NCBI GenBank assembly: GCA_008080735.1
Contig: SHMW01000083.1
Location: forward strand, 1-19,095
Origin: Promethearchaeota archaeon
Lineage (GTDB): Archaea; Asgardarchaeota; Lokiarchaeia; Sigyniarchaeales; SOKP01
DNA length: 19,095 bases
Reading direction: 5' to 3'
Below the pieces are notes generated by a model. That model ran no database searches. It was not told where the DNA came from and worked only from the letters and a program-made list of their open reading frames with translations. Below, one piece after another: positions 1 through 10,218 of the stretch (positions are counted from its first letter, which is position 1; the number at the start of each line of letters is the position of its first letter). The position numbers and the translations under genes were made by a program.

Positions 1-102
1 CTATAATATCATTAACTGAAATATGTGTATTTTAATATTTATGAGAAAATTATAAATATTAATAAAAGAGAAAAATAAAAAATAGAAAAAAATTAAAGAG
101 GC

Positions 103-1803
103 TTACATCATACCCGGGGGCATACCACCCATGCCTCCCATACCGCCCATGCCTCCCATACCGCCACCCATACCTCCTGGAGGCATTCCTCCTGGACCGC
201 CTGGTGGCATATCAGATTTCGCCCCAGCGATTACGTCATCGATGCGTAGAATCATTGAACAAGCTTCTGTCGCGCTTTTAATGGCTTGAACCTTAACTGC
301 GGTTGGTTCTACAACGCCAATGTTCATCATATTCTCAACAACCTCACCAGACTCGAGATCAAATCCAGCAAATTTATTTCCTTTTTGATGAGACGCCCGC
401 AATTTCATGAGAATATCAATTTGATCCAAACCAGCGTTTTCGGACAAGGTTTTAGGAACGATATCAAGGCTGTCAGCAAAAATCTCGACTGCTAACTGCT
501 CACGCCCGCCTAAAGTTGATGCATATTCCCGTAATTGGATAGCAGTTTCCAGTTCAGGAGCTCCACCGCCACCCACGATCTTTTGGTCTTCGACAATGTC
601 TCGAACAACGCAGAGTGCATCGTGAATCGCTCTGTCAACCTCATCGACAATCAGATCAGTTCCGCCTCGAATCAGAATCACGACGGATTTTGGGTCGGCA
701 CATTCTTCGATAAATATCCAAGAGTCGCCCATAACCTTTCGCTCTTCTACTTTTCCTGCATTTCCTAATTGTTCTGCGGTGACATCATCAAGGTCGTTAA
801 AGATGGTTCCGCCAGTTGCGCTCGCAAGTTTTTCGATGTCAGATTTCTTAACACGTCGTACTGCCATGATGCCTTCTTTCGCTAAGAAATGTTGAGCCAT
901 ATCATCAATGCCTTTTTGGCAGATGACGACATTAGCGCCCGCGTTCTTAATTTTTGTCACCATGTTTCTGAGCATCTTTTCTTCTTCATCCAGATATGCT
1001 TGCATTTGTTCCGGACTGGTAATTTGGAGCTTGCTGTCGAACTCGGTTTTTTCGATTTCGATTGCGGATTGTAATAGGAGAATCTTTGCGTCGCTGACGG
1101 ATTTTGGCATGCCAGGATTGACAACTTCTTTATCCAAGATGATACCTTTAATTAATTTTGTATCATCAATCATTTCGCCTTCTTTCTTTTGAATCTGGAC
1201 TTTGTCAATATCGGCGACCCATTTTCCTTCCTCATCTTGCTCAGCGATCGCTTTGATAGCTTCAATCGTTAAATCAGCGAGCATATCCTTGCTTTCGGAT
1301 ACAATCTTGGATGACATGCATGTCATAGCCGCATTTTTGAGTCCATCGTAATCATCAATACCGCTTTTAATTGACATGTTATTTAACACTTCGATTGCTT
1401 TATCCGCAGCTTTTCTGAATCCTTCAGTAATAACTGTGGGGTGAATCTTTTGTTCGAGCAATTTTTCGGCTCGTTTTAAGAATTCACCGGCAAGAATAAC
1501 GCTTGTAGTGGTTCCATCTCCAACTTCAGAGTCTTGTGTCTTGGCAACCTCAACCATCATCTTGGCTGCGGGATGCTGGACATCAATCTCTTTTAAGATG
1601 GTCGCACCATCGTTCGTAATGACGACATCGCCGAATTGGTCTACTAGCATTTTGTCCATACCACGGGGGCCTAAGGACGTGCGTACTGCTTCTGCGATCA
1701 CTTTTGCCGCAGCAATATTATTTTCCATCGCGTCCTTTCCACGGGTACGTTCAGTGCCTTCTTTCATTATGAAGATCGGTTGACCTCCAAGTTGAGCACA
1801 CAT
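103..1803 (-). CDS. ths: Thermosome subunit (group II chaperonin)
   Basis: 566 aa. Contains [34 protein letters not shown] and ILRIDD motifs, plus a C-terminal GGM-repeat tail. Confidence 0.98.
   Translation of the reverse strand: MCAQLGGQPIFIMKEGTERTRGKDAMENNIAAAKVIAEAVRTSLGPRGMDKMLVDQFGDVVITNDGATILKEIDVQHPAAKMMVEVAKTQDSEVGDGTTTSVILAGEFLKRAEKLLEQKIHPTVITEGFRKAADKAIEVLNNMSIKSGIDDYDGLKNAAMTCMSSKIVSESKDMLADLTIEAIKAIAEQDEEGKWVADIDKVQIQKKEGEMIDDTKLIKGIILDKEVVNPGMPKSVSDAKILLLQSAIEIEKTEFDSKLQITSPEQMQAYLDEEEKMLRNMVTKIKNAGANVVICQKGIDDMAQHFLAKEGIMAVRRVKKSDIEKLASATGGTIFNDLDDVTAEQLGNAGKVEERKVMGDSWIFIEECADPKSVVILIRGGTDLIVDEVDRAIHDALCVVRDIVEDQKIVGGGGAPELETAIQLREYASTLGGREQLAVEIFADSLDIVPKTLSENAGLDQIDILMKLRASHQKGNKFAGFDLESGEVVENMMNIGVVEPTAVKVQAIKSATEACSMILRIDDVIAGAKSDMPPGGPGGMPPGGMGGGMGGMGGMGGMGGMPPGMM
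106..210 (-). repeat. Coding GGM/PPGG tandem repeat in the thermosome C-terminal tail
   Basis: Imperfect 9-nt repeats on the + strand (cccatgcct/cccataccg) encode [35 protein letters not shown]. Confidence 0.9.
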
Positions 1804-2059
1804 ATTTAGTTCATCTCGTTAAGATTTGTTTTTGTTTTAATTCTGTTATATTATTGTAATTAAAGAATTCTATTAAAGATATTTAATGATCTCTAAATCA
1901 AAAAAATTAAAAAAATTTTCGATTTTAAATTTTTAAAAAGGGGATAAAACGCTTAAAAATGTTTGATTGAAGGCAATTTACTCGTAACAATTAATTGAAC
2001 TAATTCATGCAGATGCAATCATTACGAACAATAATTATTGAATCTCTGCGTATCGTACA

Positions 2060-2560
2060 TTACGAACCGATGAGAAATTGCACCTGCTTCTTATCCGGAA
2101 AGTATATCATTCCTTCCAAGCGGAGATCGTTCATATAGTGCCCCCAAATTCCATATGGCCCATACGATTGTCGGCGATTATATAGTCGTTCATAGGTACC
2201 GGGATCTCCGACAGCTTTAGTTTCTTCGTCATAAATATATTTATAAACTTCATAGAGACACCGCACGATATCAATTCTGCGAAATCCAGCTTTATTATTG
2301 AATGTAATTTGGACATCTACGGATAATGGATAATTTATAATAAAATCTACTTGTTCATCCATGATTAATATTTCCTCGGGATCACATAATTCTTCGCGAT
2401 AATCTTCATATGCATAATATTCCACATACCAGCTCATCTTGCCATATTCCTCTGTGTCTCTAAAGAATTCATGAACGGTGCGGGTGTATAAATCATCTCC
2501 CGATAGGTTATGGAAATCTTCTTTATCGATCAAGCGAATCTTAAACTTTTGTTTTTCCAT
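2060..2560 (-). CDS. Hypothetical protein with INYPL...GFRR...IYDEE...YGIWGH...DL motifs
   Basis: 166-aa ATG ORF with coding-like composition and an aromatic-rich, conserved-looking C-terminal domain. Co-oriented with the upstream ferredoxin gene. Confidence 0.8.
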   Translation of the reverse strand: MEKQKFKIRLIDKEDFHNLSGDDLYTRTVHEFFRDTEEYGKMSWYVEYYAYEDYREELCDPEEILIMDEQVDFIINYPLSVDVQITFNNKAGFRRIDIVRCLYEVYKYIYDEETKAVGDPGTYERLYNRRQSYGPYGIWGHYMNDLRLEGMIYFPDKKQVQFLIGS

Positions 2561-2691
2561 CTTTATTCAATTTAGGTTTTTAATTTTAGCTTTTAAATCC
2601 ACCGAAAAGCTGATATTATTTAAATAAAAAATAAGAAATGAAAAAATTACCTTATAGAGAGGGGGGCTCAAATATTATGTTGCTTAGTCAT

Positions 2692-3510
2692 TCAGAGAAT
2701 CATATCGGAAACCTTAATCTCGGGATGATGATAATAATATCCTTTTTGGGCAATCTCGTTTTCGATCGCTTTATTAGGGCACCAGTTATAACACGCAAGG
2801 CAATTTTCGCAATGATGTAGCCACACAGGTACATTATGCTTCATTTCAATATTGTCGACGGGGCATACCTTCGCACAGATTCCGCACCCCGTACACTTTT
2901 CATTGGTTTGAAACGTATAATCCGCCCTATAGATCAGCTCTTCCATAGAAAGATCAGGGGAAGCATCTAAACTGTCCGCTAATTGTGTCTCAAATAGAGG
3001 GCTAAAGAGTTTGCTAATGGGCAATAGAAGTAAGTAGAGAATATAGTCGGATAAACGCCATCCGTGCTTTTTTTGAGAGACCCTTTTACATACCTTCTCA
3101 AGTTTATTTCGACTATTTTCCAGCACTTTCTTTTTGTTTTCGAAGGCTTTATAGAACGCATTTTGCGGCATATGTAGTCCAAACCAAGCTGATAAGGTCC
3201 CACCTCGGGACTTAAGAAGTTCTTTTAGAGTGACTATTGATATTCCAATCCCTCCCCCATAATTGGCGACAGCAAATATGTATTTATCTTCCAGATTATC
3301 CAATTTTTGCGCAAACTGCTTAACAATAACGGGTAAATCCATATAATATACAGGATAGATGATTCCCACCACATCCGGGGATAACTCTATCCGTTTCTTA
3401 TCCAATAAAGTATTAATCGGAATAAGGTGTGCGTTTATCTTTTGGGCAATGGTTCGGGCGAGAAAGAGAGTATTTCCCGTTCCTGAGAAATAATAGATTT
3501 CTGGTTTCAT
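2692..3510 (-). CDS. EFR1-family flavodoxin-like/4Fe-4S ferredoxin fusion protein
   Basis: N-terminal YYFSGTGNT flavodoxin motif. C-terminal CTGCGICAKVCP and CENCLACYNWCP 4Fe-4S motifs, ending YYYHHPEI. Confidence 0.93.
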   Translation of the reverse strand: MKPEIYYFSGTGNTLFLARTIAQKINAHLIPINTLLDKKRIELSPDVVGIIYPVYYMDLPVIVKQFAQKLDNLEDKYIFAVANYGGGIGISIVTLKELLKSRGGTLSAWFGLHMPQNAFYKAFENKKKVLENSRNKLEKVCKRVSQKKHGWRLSDYILYLLLLPISKLFSPLFETQLADSLDASPDLSMEELIYRADYTFQTNEKCTGCGICAKVCPVDNIEMKHNVPVWLHHCENCLACYNWCPNKAIENEIAQKGYYYHHPEIKVSDMIL

Positions 3511-3985
3511 AGTTTTTAACCTGATTTCAATAGGTATTACAATTGTTGTAGGTATTATTTAGATATATCGTTCTTATAAATACTGAAGGATAAAATACAT
3601 ATTAAAACTTAAATAGACCATTCTTTATATTTCACCATTAATAACCACAGTCTTTTTATTTAAATAGATTTAAGTGATTATCTTTAAATACCTAATTTTA
3701 TATTAAAATGTGGGTGGTATAAGATAACAATCGAAATTCAAGAGGAGACTCAATCCGAAAATTATGATAAACTGGGCGCAAAAAATCATAAATTTAAGGA
3801 GGAGCAGATGGAAATTTTTCTCACCGTTAAAGTATTTGGAGAGATCTTTGGCAGGTTTTTTTCCCAAGAAGATTGAGTCCAAATCTTTACCTTTTCTTTC
3901 TTAGAGTTAATTGCCTTAAGTTGTAAAAATCTTATCCTTAGAAAAATTCAAAAGAGAGTTTGCGGGTCGTAAAAAACAAGATAAG

Positions 3986-4147
3986 TTATTTTGGCAATTC
4001 TCTTTTTTTTAAGCGTAAGTCTTTACTATGACATCGTCGGCATTTTCTCGCCTTGACGGGATTCAAAGCGCCACATTTTCTACAAACACTTTTCATTAAT
4101 AAATGGTGGCGGGCAATTCTCTTTTTAAATGGGTCATCTAACGGCAT
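3986..4147 (-). CDS. rpl40e: 50S ribosomal protein L40e (eL40), missed by the ORF track
   Basis: Manual translation gives 53 aa: [53 protein letters not shown]. This has the eL40 zinc-finger signature CRKC-x-ALNP-x4-KCRRC-x-S-x-xLRLKK. Confidence 0.96.
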   Translation of the reverse strand: MPLDDPFKKRIARHHLLMKSVCRKCGALNPVKARKCRRCHSKDLRLKKRELPK

Positions 4148-4262
4148 TCTTTATTAAACCTCTCATTTGGTTTCTTCAATTTTCTAAACTAAAACCATTA
4201 TAAATTATGATTAAAAACCCTCCATATCAAATAAAATTTTTGACTTGACTTATGTATAAATT

Positions 4263-4934
4263 CTAGTTTTTAGAAAATCTTCTAAAAAATCCTGTTTTAT
4301 CGTCTAATTTTTGTCGAAATAATTCCCCTGCTACTAACAAGGCGATTCCGATTACGTCTTTCAATAAGAAATCATTAGAAAACCTACTCTGGATGAATGA
4401 AAAGAGAATCCCATAAATGAGTCCTGTCATCCAAATTATGAAGACAAACATATTTCCATCTATCCCAAAGAACGTTTTAACATAAGCATCTATGGATTGG
4501 TATACTACACCCCACGCCAGCAAAAAGGATAATTCCAGGACTATGGAGATAATGATAATTTTGGATATAATCCTCGTTATTCTATCTTTTGAAAAGGTTT
4601 TTTTTATGATTCTTGTATCATGCAATCCAAAGACAAAACGTTTACTTAGGGTTGCCCCATTTCGAAATGCTAAAAACACAAAAATTGCTTCAAAAGATAC
4701 AAGATTTTCTAAGAAGAGAATGCCTAAAAATCCCGCACCAATCCAAATTAAAATATTAATTGTCTTAAGTACTGTTTCATAACGATTTTCTCGTTCATTT
4801 TCAATATCCACGTGTTTATAAAGAACTTCACCTATTTTATTTTGAAAAAAATTTCCAATTGAGAATAAAAGATTTATCACGATAAATGGTATTAAAATAA
4901 GATATGCTAGGATTAAATTGATTATAGTGGTCAT
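4263..4934 (-). CDS. Hypothetical integral membrane protein
   Basis: 223 aa with about 5-6 hydrophobic segments. No family motif recognised. Confidence 0.8.
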   Translation of the reverse strand: MTTIINLILAYLILIPFIVINLLFSIGNFFQNKIGEVLYKHVDIENERENRYETVLKTINILIWIGAGFLGILFLENLVSFEAIFVFLAFRNGATLSKRFVFGLHDTRIIKKTFSKDRITRIISKIIIISIVLELSFLLAWGVVYQSIDAYVKTFFGIDGNMFVFIIWMTGLIYGILFSFIQSRFSNDFLLKDVIGIALLVAGELFRQKLDDKTGFFRRFSKN

Positions 4935-5242
4935 ATTACCTAATAATTTTCATTAATTGTTAAAAGTATAATTTTTCCGCTAAATTATCCCAATATTTAG
5001 GATTATTTAAAATCTCTTGTTTGCAATTTGAGAGCATTTTTTTTCCAAGGATAATATAGTGGAAATCTCATAAAGCTCATATTACCTATTTTATTTAGAA
5101 GGGTTTTATTATAAATTTAGAAATTGGTATCGGAAAAAAATAAAAAGAACAACACCAATTGTAGGTTATAGAATGAATTTCTATAAGAGAGAATTTGAAA
5201 AATTTCCAAGGAGAAAAAAATAGAGAGAAGGGAAATATTACT

Positions 5243-5683
5243 ATGAGTGAAGTTGAGAAAGCTGTGTATTTATATAAGAAAGGATTTCGACCTGCACAAG
5301 CCATAGTATCCGTATATGGCGTCAGATACGGAATGGATCGCGATGCCGTGCTAAAATTAGCGGCGCCATTTGGAGATGGTGTGCGGAGTACTGGAAATGT
5401 ATGTGGTGCAGTTATCGGTGCTATTATGGTGTTAGGCTTGAAATATGGCAATTCCAAACCCAGCGAGTATAGCAAGAAAGAAAATATTGATGAAATAGTG
5501 AATGATTTTATCGAAAAATTTGAGTCTATGAATGAATCGATCAAATGCGATGAATTAATTGGATGCAACCTTAGTACAGAAGAAGGAAAAAATAAAGCAA
5601 CCCAAGAAAATCTCCTTATGAATAAATGTCCCAAGTTTGTAAATGATGCGGCAAAAATTCTTGAGGAAATGTTAAACGATTAA
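5243..5683 (+). CDS. C-GCAxxG-C-C family putative redox-active protein
   Basis: LAAPFGDG, GNVCGAVIGA, SIKCDELIG and NKCPKFV motifs. The ATG at 5243 (MSEVEKA) fits the family length better than the TTG at 5195. Confidence 0.9.
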   Translation: MSEVEKAVYLYKKGFRPAQAIVSVYGVRYGMDRDAVLKLAAPFGDGVRSTGNVCGAVIGAIMVLGLKYGNSKPSEYSKKENIDEIVNDFIEKFESMNESIKCDELIGCNLSTEEGKNKATQENLLMNKCPKFVNDAAKILEEMLND

Positions 5684-5891
5684 ATTTTCTACTAGGTTTG
5701 TTGAAGATTTCTGGTTTTGAAATTTGGCAATCGATCTCTAATTAACTTTTTCTCAATGAGGGAATCATTTTATATGGGTTGGAATTAATGATATTCTTTC
5801 TTCCGTAATATATCACATCTACAGAGAATAATAATAAAATTAAAATTACATAAATAATAGATCCTTAATAACTAACGATTATTGCATGAAA

Positions 5892-6086
5892 ATGCCAAAA
5901 CAAATAACAGACGAGGATACGTTTCTGGATTTATCGGAGCGTGCGATTCACTGCAGAGTTAAACGTGTCAAAGATAGCGTGAAGCTAAAATTGAGAACAA
6001 AAAAATACTTATATACTTACAAAACAAATCCAGATAACGCTGAGCGTTTACTAAGGAATATAACGTGCGATGTAATAGAGCTATAG
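5892..6086 (+). CDS. rpl38e: Ribosomal protein L38e (eL38)
   Basis: MPKQITD..FL....RVKR..VKLKLRTKKYLYTY matches the eL38 pattern (MP..I.....FL...VKFKVRCSRYLYTL). The start could be 5886 or 5892. Confidence 0.88.
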   Translation: MPKQITDEDTFLDLSERAIHCRVKRVKDSVKLKLRTKKYLYTYKTNPDNAERLLRNITCDVIEL

Positions 6087-6159
6087 CTAACTTGGGTTGA
6101 ATTATTACATCCTATTTAGGATCATAGGAATCTAACTAATTATTTTAAGGATTGAGATT

Positions 6160-6669
6160 ATGAAGTTTTTGCCTGCTTGCGAGACATGTGTCAAGTCCGG
6201 TTTTTTATGTGTAAAATGCCAAGAGAAATTGGATGAAGGAGATATTACTCCATTTGAATTGGATCTTGCAAAGGATCTTATCGAGATGGAACAGAAAGAA
6301 AAATATGGATATTTAGAGAATGTATCCTTTTTTAAAGCTATTGATTACGAAGATGTTGTTATCCTAGTAGTAGGGAAGGGTGATAAAATTCGAATCGGTC
6401 AAGATTTAATTAATTGGATTAAGGATATTTACGAAATTGATAAGATAATCTTGGTTGAAAAAACAGATAAACCCCGATCAGCATTAGAAAGTCTAATTGC
6501 ACCTGGAAAATTAATCTCTTTAAACGAAATCTTTTTAGCCACAGGCGATGTAGAATTTCGGGCAGTCATAAGAAAAGCAGATAAAAGTAAAATTCTTTTT
6601 ACAAGACAAGAACTAGAAGAATTAGTCAAGGAGTTAACCGGACAATCTATAAGAGTGGAGTTTATTTAA
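6160..6669 (+). CDS. Archaeal NusA-like KH-domain protein with N-terminal Cys cluster
   Basis: N-terminal CxxCxxSGxLCxxC, then a degenerate KH-like region (VVILVVGKGD...IG) and a C-terminal LEELVKELTGxxIRVEF. Sits in the typical context upstream of pth2/truD. Confidence 0.78.
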   Translation: MKFLPACETCVKSGFLCVKCQEKLDEGDITPFELDLAKDLIEMEQKEKYGYLENVSFFKAIDYEDVVILVVGKGDKIRIGQDLINWIKDIYEIDKIILVEKTDKPRSALESLIAPGKLISLNEIFLATGDVEFRAVIRKADKSKILFTRQELEELVKELTGQSIRVEFI

Positions 6670-6809
6670 ATTTTTTATTTTATCATGTTATTACCAATTA
6701 TAATGATTTGCTTAGAATCTTAATTAATCCCCGAACTTTTCATTTTTCTATTGGATTGAAATAACAAAAATTATTTTCAAAAGATTATTATAAATATTGG
6801 GTAATCTTA

Positions 6810-7166
6810 GTGGATGAATACAAACAAGTTGTTTTAATACGTACCGATTTGGGTATGAGTACGGGGAAAAAATGTGCTCAGGCATGCCATGCGAGTGTGA
6901 GTTCATCAAATAAAGTAAGACAAACGCAAAGAGCTGTTTGGAAGAGTTGGATAAACTCAGGGCAAAAAAAAATTATTCTGAAAGCGAAATCCTTAGAAGA
7001 GTTAGAAAAAATTCACAGAAAACTTGAACAAGCAAAAATTTCCAATGTTTTAATCAATGATGCGGGATTAACTCAGTTAGACCCTGGTACGACTACTGCT
7101 TTAGGAATTGGACCCGCCCAATCCAGCGAAATAGATAAAATCACGGGAGATCTAAAATTATTATAA
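6810..7166 (+). CDS. pth2: Peptidyl-tRNA hydrolase Pth2
   Basis: KQVVLIRTDLGMSTGK.AQACHA, GQKKIILK, DAGLTQL.PGT.TALGIGP and IDKITGDLKLL. GTG start. Confidence 0.97.
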   Translation: MDEYKQVVLIRTDLGMSTGKKCAQACHASVSSSNKVRQTQRAVWKSWINSGQKKIILKAKSLEELEKIHRKLEQAKISNVLINDAGLTQLDPGTTTALGIGPAQSSEIDKITGDLKLL

Positions 7167-7194
7167 CAAACGAAGTCAGTATTATTAGAAAATT

Positions 7195-8589
7195 ATGGAA
7201 TTAGATGTCGAGTTTGAGAACAATAGAGAGTCTGAAATAGAAAAGTTTGTAGGAATAGAGAGATATAGCACTTCAGAATATGATGCTATCGGGGGGATAT
7301 ATAAGGACACTCATAAAGATTTCATTGTCAAAGAAGTCACAGAGAATGGAAAAATATTAGAAATTAAAGAGGATCACGAGACTCCCCCATATCTACCCGA
7401 CAGAGATAATTTTACCACCTTTAATTTGGTAAAGATCAATATCGATACCTTTGAAGCAATCAAAAAAATTTGTAAAGAACTGGGAATCTCCCGCTATGAC
7501 ATTTTCTATTCTGGTCTAAAAGATAAACGCTCAATTAGCGTTCAAAAAGTTTCCATAAAAGGAAATTACACTCAAAAGCTTAAAAACTTAAATATAAGAG
7601 ATATTTTTATTCGATCGATAACCCCCACTCAAAAGCCCGTTAATCTTGGAAGTAATCGGGGTAATAATTTCACTATAATCATCAGAAATATTCAAAAATC
7701 CAAGGATTTAGAGAATAGAATTGAAATTATCTTGGAAAAACTAAGGAAAGATGGATTTCCAAATTATTTTGGTTTACAGCGATTTGGAAAATATCGACCA
7801 AATTCTCATTTAATCGGTCGTGCTCTTCTTGAAGGTGATTATGAAAAAGCATTTCGGGAATTTGTTTCAAGAACCTATTCTTCTGAAAGTTCAAATCTCT
7901 CCCGTATCAGAAAAAAAATAGGTGACGCACTTGGAAATATTAATAAACTCAGAAAAGTATTTCGCAAATTTCCCAGAGGATTAAATTATGAATGTAAGTT
8001 AATTGCACATGTTATTCAACATCCTGGAGATTATAAAGGAGCTTTTGAAAAAATAAATAAAGATCTGTTAAATTTGATTATTAATGCATTTCAATCCTAT
8101 CTTTTTAATAAAATGATTTCATTAAGAGTGAAAAAAGGATATTCATTGTTTGAACCAGTTGAGGGAGATGTAATTGGAATATTAGATGATATTAATGGAA
8201 TTGTTACGGATGTTAGATATATCTACGGAAATACTTATGATAAATATCTAGACCAAGCGATTGATCTAAACAGAGCAACGATCGTTGCCCCCATAATAGG
8301 TTTCGATACTAATTTAAATGAATTTCCTTTGATGAAAAGTATTTTTAAAGAAATTAAAGAAGAAGAGAATTTAAACGAAGAAATTTTTGATTCTCATTTT
8401 CTAAACAGATATGATTTGAAAGGTTCAATTAGAGCACAAACCATAAAACCAATAGGATTAGACTTAATTGAGTTTTCTGATGATGAGTCATATAAGGGTA
8501 AGAAAAAACTTAAAATCGAGTTTTCTCTGAATAAAGGATGCTATGCGACAATGTTACTACGGGAATTAATAAAACGAAATAATACATAA
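7195..8589 (+). CDS. truD: tRNA pseudouridine(13) synthase TruD
   Basis: DFIVKEV, SGLKDKRSISVQ (catalytic Asp), GNNFTIIIR, GFPNYFGLQRFG, AFQSYLFN and FSLNKGCYATMLLRE. Confidence 0.97.
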   Translation: MELDVEFENNRESEIEKFVGIERYSTSEYDAIGGIYKDTHKDFIVKEVTENGKILEIKEDHETPPYLPDRDNFTTFNLVKINIDTFEAIKKICKELGISRYDIFYSGLKDKRSISVQKVSIKGNYTQKLKNLNIRDIFIRSITPTQKPVNLGSNRGNNFTIIIRNIQKSKDLENRIEIILEKLRKDGFPNYFGLQRFGKYRPNSHLIGRALLEGDYEKAFREFVSRTYSSESSNLSRIRKKIGDALGNINKLRKVFRKFPRGLNYECKLIAHVIQHPGDYKGAFEKINKDLLNLIINAFQSYLFNKMISLRVKKGYSLFEPVEGDVIGILDDINGIVTDVRYIYGNTYDKYLDQAIDLNRATIVAPIIGFDTNLNEFPLMKSIFKEIKEEENLNEEIFDSHFLNRYDLKGSIRAQTIKPIGLDLIEFSDDESYKGKKKLKIEFSLNKGCYATMLLRELIKRNNT

Positions 8590-8590
8590 C

Positions 8591-10132
8591 CTAACCAATT
8601 TCAAATTTTTTTAGAGTCTCAATTCCCAATATATCAACTATTTTTAAGTATAGATTGTGGGAAATAATTGGAGAATCATTTATATGAAGGGATTTTTCTA
8701 ATTCTATTTCCCTCTTTTTAGGTGTTCGATAATCATACCAGATAGGAATGAAGATAGTGTCCCTTTGCACGATCCCTACCGAAATATAATCGATCCAATT
8801 TTTCCAGTCCGAGATTTTTTTTGTTAATTTTTTAGTTAATTTATTTCCGAAGGGATTCTCATAATTACGCATTTTTAGGATGATTCTATCTTCTTTTTTA
8901 TCGATTTTTAGTTTGATTTTCCCGGCCGACTCTATAGTACTTGGTATATTTTGGCCGTTTTGAGAAATGAAATCACTTAAGATATGTCTATCTAATTTAT
9001 TTTCCTTAAAATTAATAACTTCAAATGGTCTAGCTAGCTCATTATATGACTCTTCCCAATTATAGAGATCATTACTCAGGGGAATATCTAACAGCCGTTT
9101 TCTAGTGGTATGGATGGAATGCCAATTCAGATCTACACCTATCCATTTTCGCTTCAATTTTTCAGCCACGGCAATGGTTGTTCCTGATCCACTAAAAAAA
9201 TCTGCCACTATGCTATCTTTATTGCTTGATGCTAATATAATGCGTTTAAGCAGGCGTTCGGGTTTTTGGGTCGAAAAACCTTGGTATTCGGGGGTATTTG
9301 CTCGTATATAAGGTATGTTAATCCATACATCTCTTGGAGGAAAGACCCCTTTTTTTTCCACATATACTTTTTGACTGAGTTTAATACCATCATGGCTCCC
9401 ACCGCGATAATAATACAAACCCTTTTCATCTTTCTTTAAAGCGTCCGTGACTCTACTAGAATAGTCCATATAGATTTGAGGATCATCATTAAAAATATAT
9501 TCATCTGATTTTGTATAGAAAAGTATTGAATCATATGACCTTACATAAAATCGTTTCGTTCGAGCTGAAGCTGCAGGATAATGCCAGATGATTTCATTTC
9601 TGAAATTCTCTATTCCAAAAATCTCATCCATGAGTAATTTAATATAATGACTCACTCTATAATCGAGGTGTACATAAATGGATCCTTGATTAGATAACAA
9701 ATCTTTCATCAATTGGATTCTTTCATATAAAAAATTGAGAAAAGAATCTAATCCATCTTCCCATCTGTCTTGATATGCTAAGCTTTTTATGCTTTTTTTC
9801 TGCTCTCCAATAAATATTTTATGATAATAATTACTATGAGTGAAAAAAGGGGGATCAAAATAAATAAGATCGATTTTTTCCTTTAAATCTTTTAAAAGTT
9901 GGCTTATTACCAATTTATTTTCTCCAAGTATGAGTTTATTTAGCCAATCAGTTTCATGGAATGTAAAAGAATGGTCCTTAATCCATCTAATGATATTTTT
10001 ATCGGATGTAAATTCTTCAACAAACATAGGATAAATTATCTCTTCTGGGGTTTTTAGACTTGCGATTTTGGAGGGCTTTGCAGAATTTTGATCTTCTAAT
10101 TTAAGATTCCTTTCAAAATTTAATTTGACCAT
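8591..10132 (-). CDS. Site-specific amino (N6-A/N4-C) DNA methyltransferase, beta-class, Mod-like
   Basis: LIYFDPPF catalytic motif precedes the DFFSGSGTT SAM-binding motif. Also FRNEIIW, DVW and TQKPERLLKRII, plus an extra C-terminal domain. Confidence 0.93.
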   Translation of the reverse strand: MVKLNFERNLKLEDQNSAKPSKIASLKTPEEIIYPMFVEEFTSDKNIIRWIKDHSFTFHETDWLNKLILGENKLVISQLLKDLKEKIDLIYFDPPFFTHSNYYHKIFIGEQKKSIKSLAYQDRWEDGLDSFLNFLYERIQLMKDLLSNQGSIYVHLDYRVSHYIKLLMDEIFGIENFRNEIIWHYPAASARTKRFYVRSYDSILFYTKSDEYIFNDDPQIYMDYSSRVTDALKKDEKGLYYYRGGSHDGIKLSQKVYVEKKGVFPPRDVWINIPYIRANTPEYQGFSTQKPERLLKRIILASSNKDSIVADFFSGSGTTIAVAEKLKRKWIGVDLNWHSIHTTRKRLLDIPLSNDLYNWEESYNELARPFEVINFKENKLDRHILSDFISQNGQNIPSTIESAGKIKLKIDKKEDRIILKMRNYENPFGNKLTKKLTKKISDWKNWIDYISVGIVQRDTIFIPIWYDYRTPKKREIELEKSLHINDSPIISHNLYLKIVDILGIETLKKFEIG

Positions 10133-10218
10133 CTCATTTGTAATATGAATGGCAAAAAATTTAATTTTATCAACAATTTAACAAAATAATTAGCTAAAGT
10201 AAAAAATGCAACGAGAAA

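Noticed and set aside
106-210. GC-rich repeat array as a possible CRISPR or VNTR
   Set aside because: It is fully explained by the GGM tail of the chaperonin, and there are no spacers.
286-1783. Several + strand ORFs inside the thermosome gene
   Set aside because: These are antisense shadows of a conserved gene.
5095-5634. 179-aa minus-strand ORF, and similarly 17305-17790, 4492-4782, 6429-6629, 14200-14418 and 18135-18686
   Set aside because: They are antisense to well-supported genes, with S/F/I-rich composition typical of reverse-complement frames.
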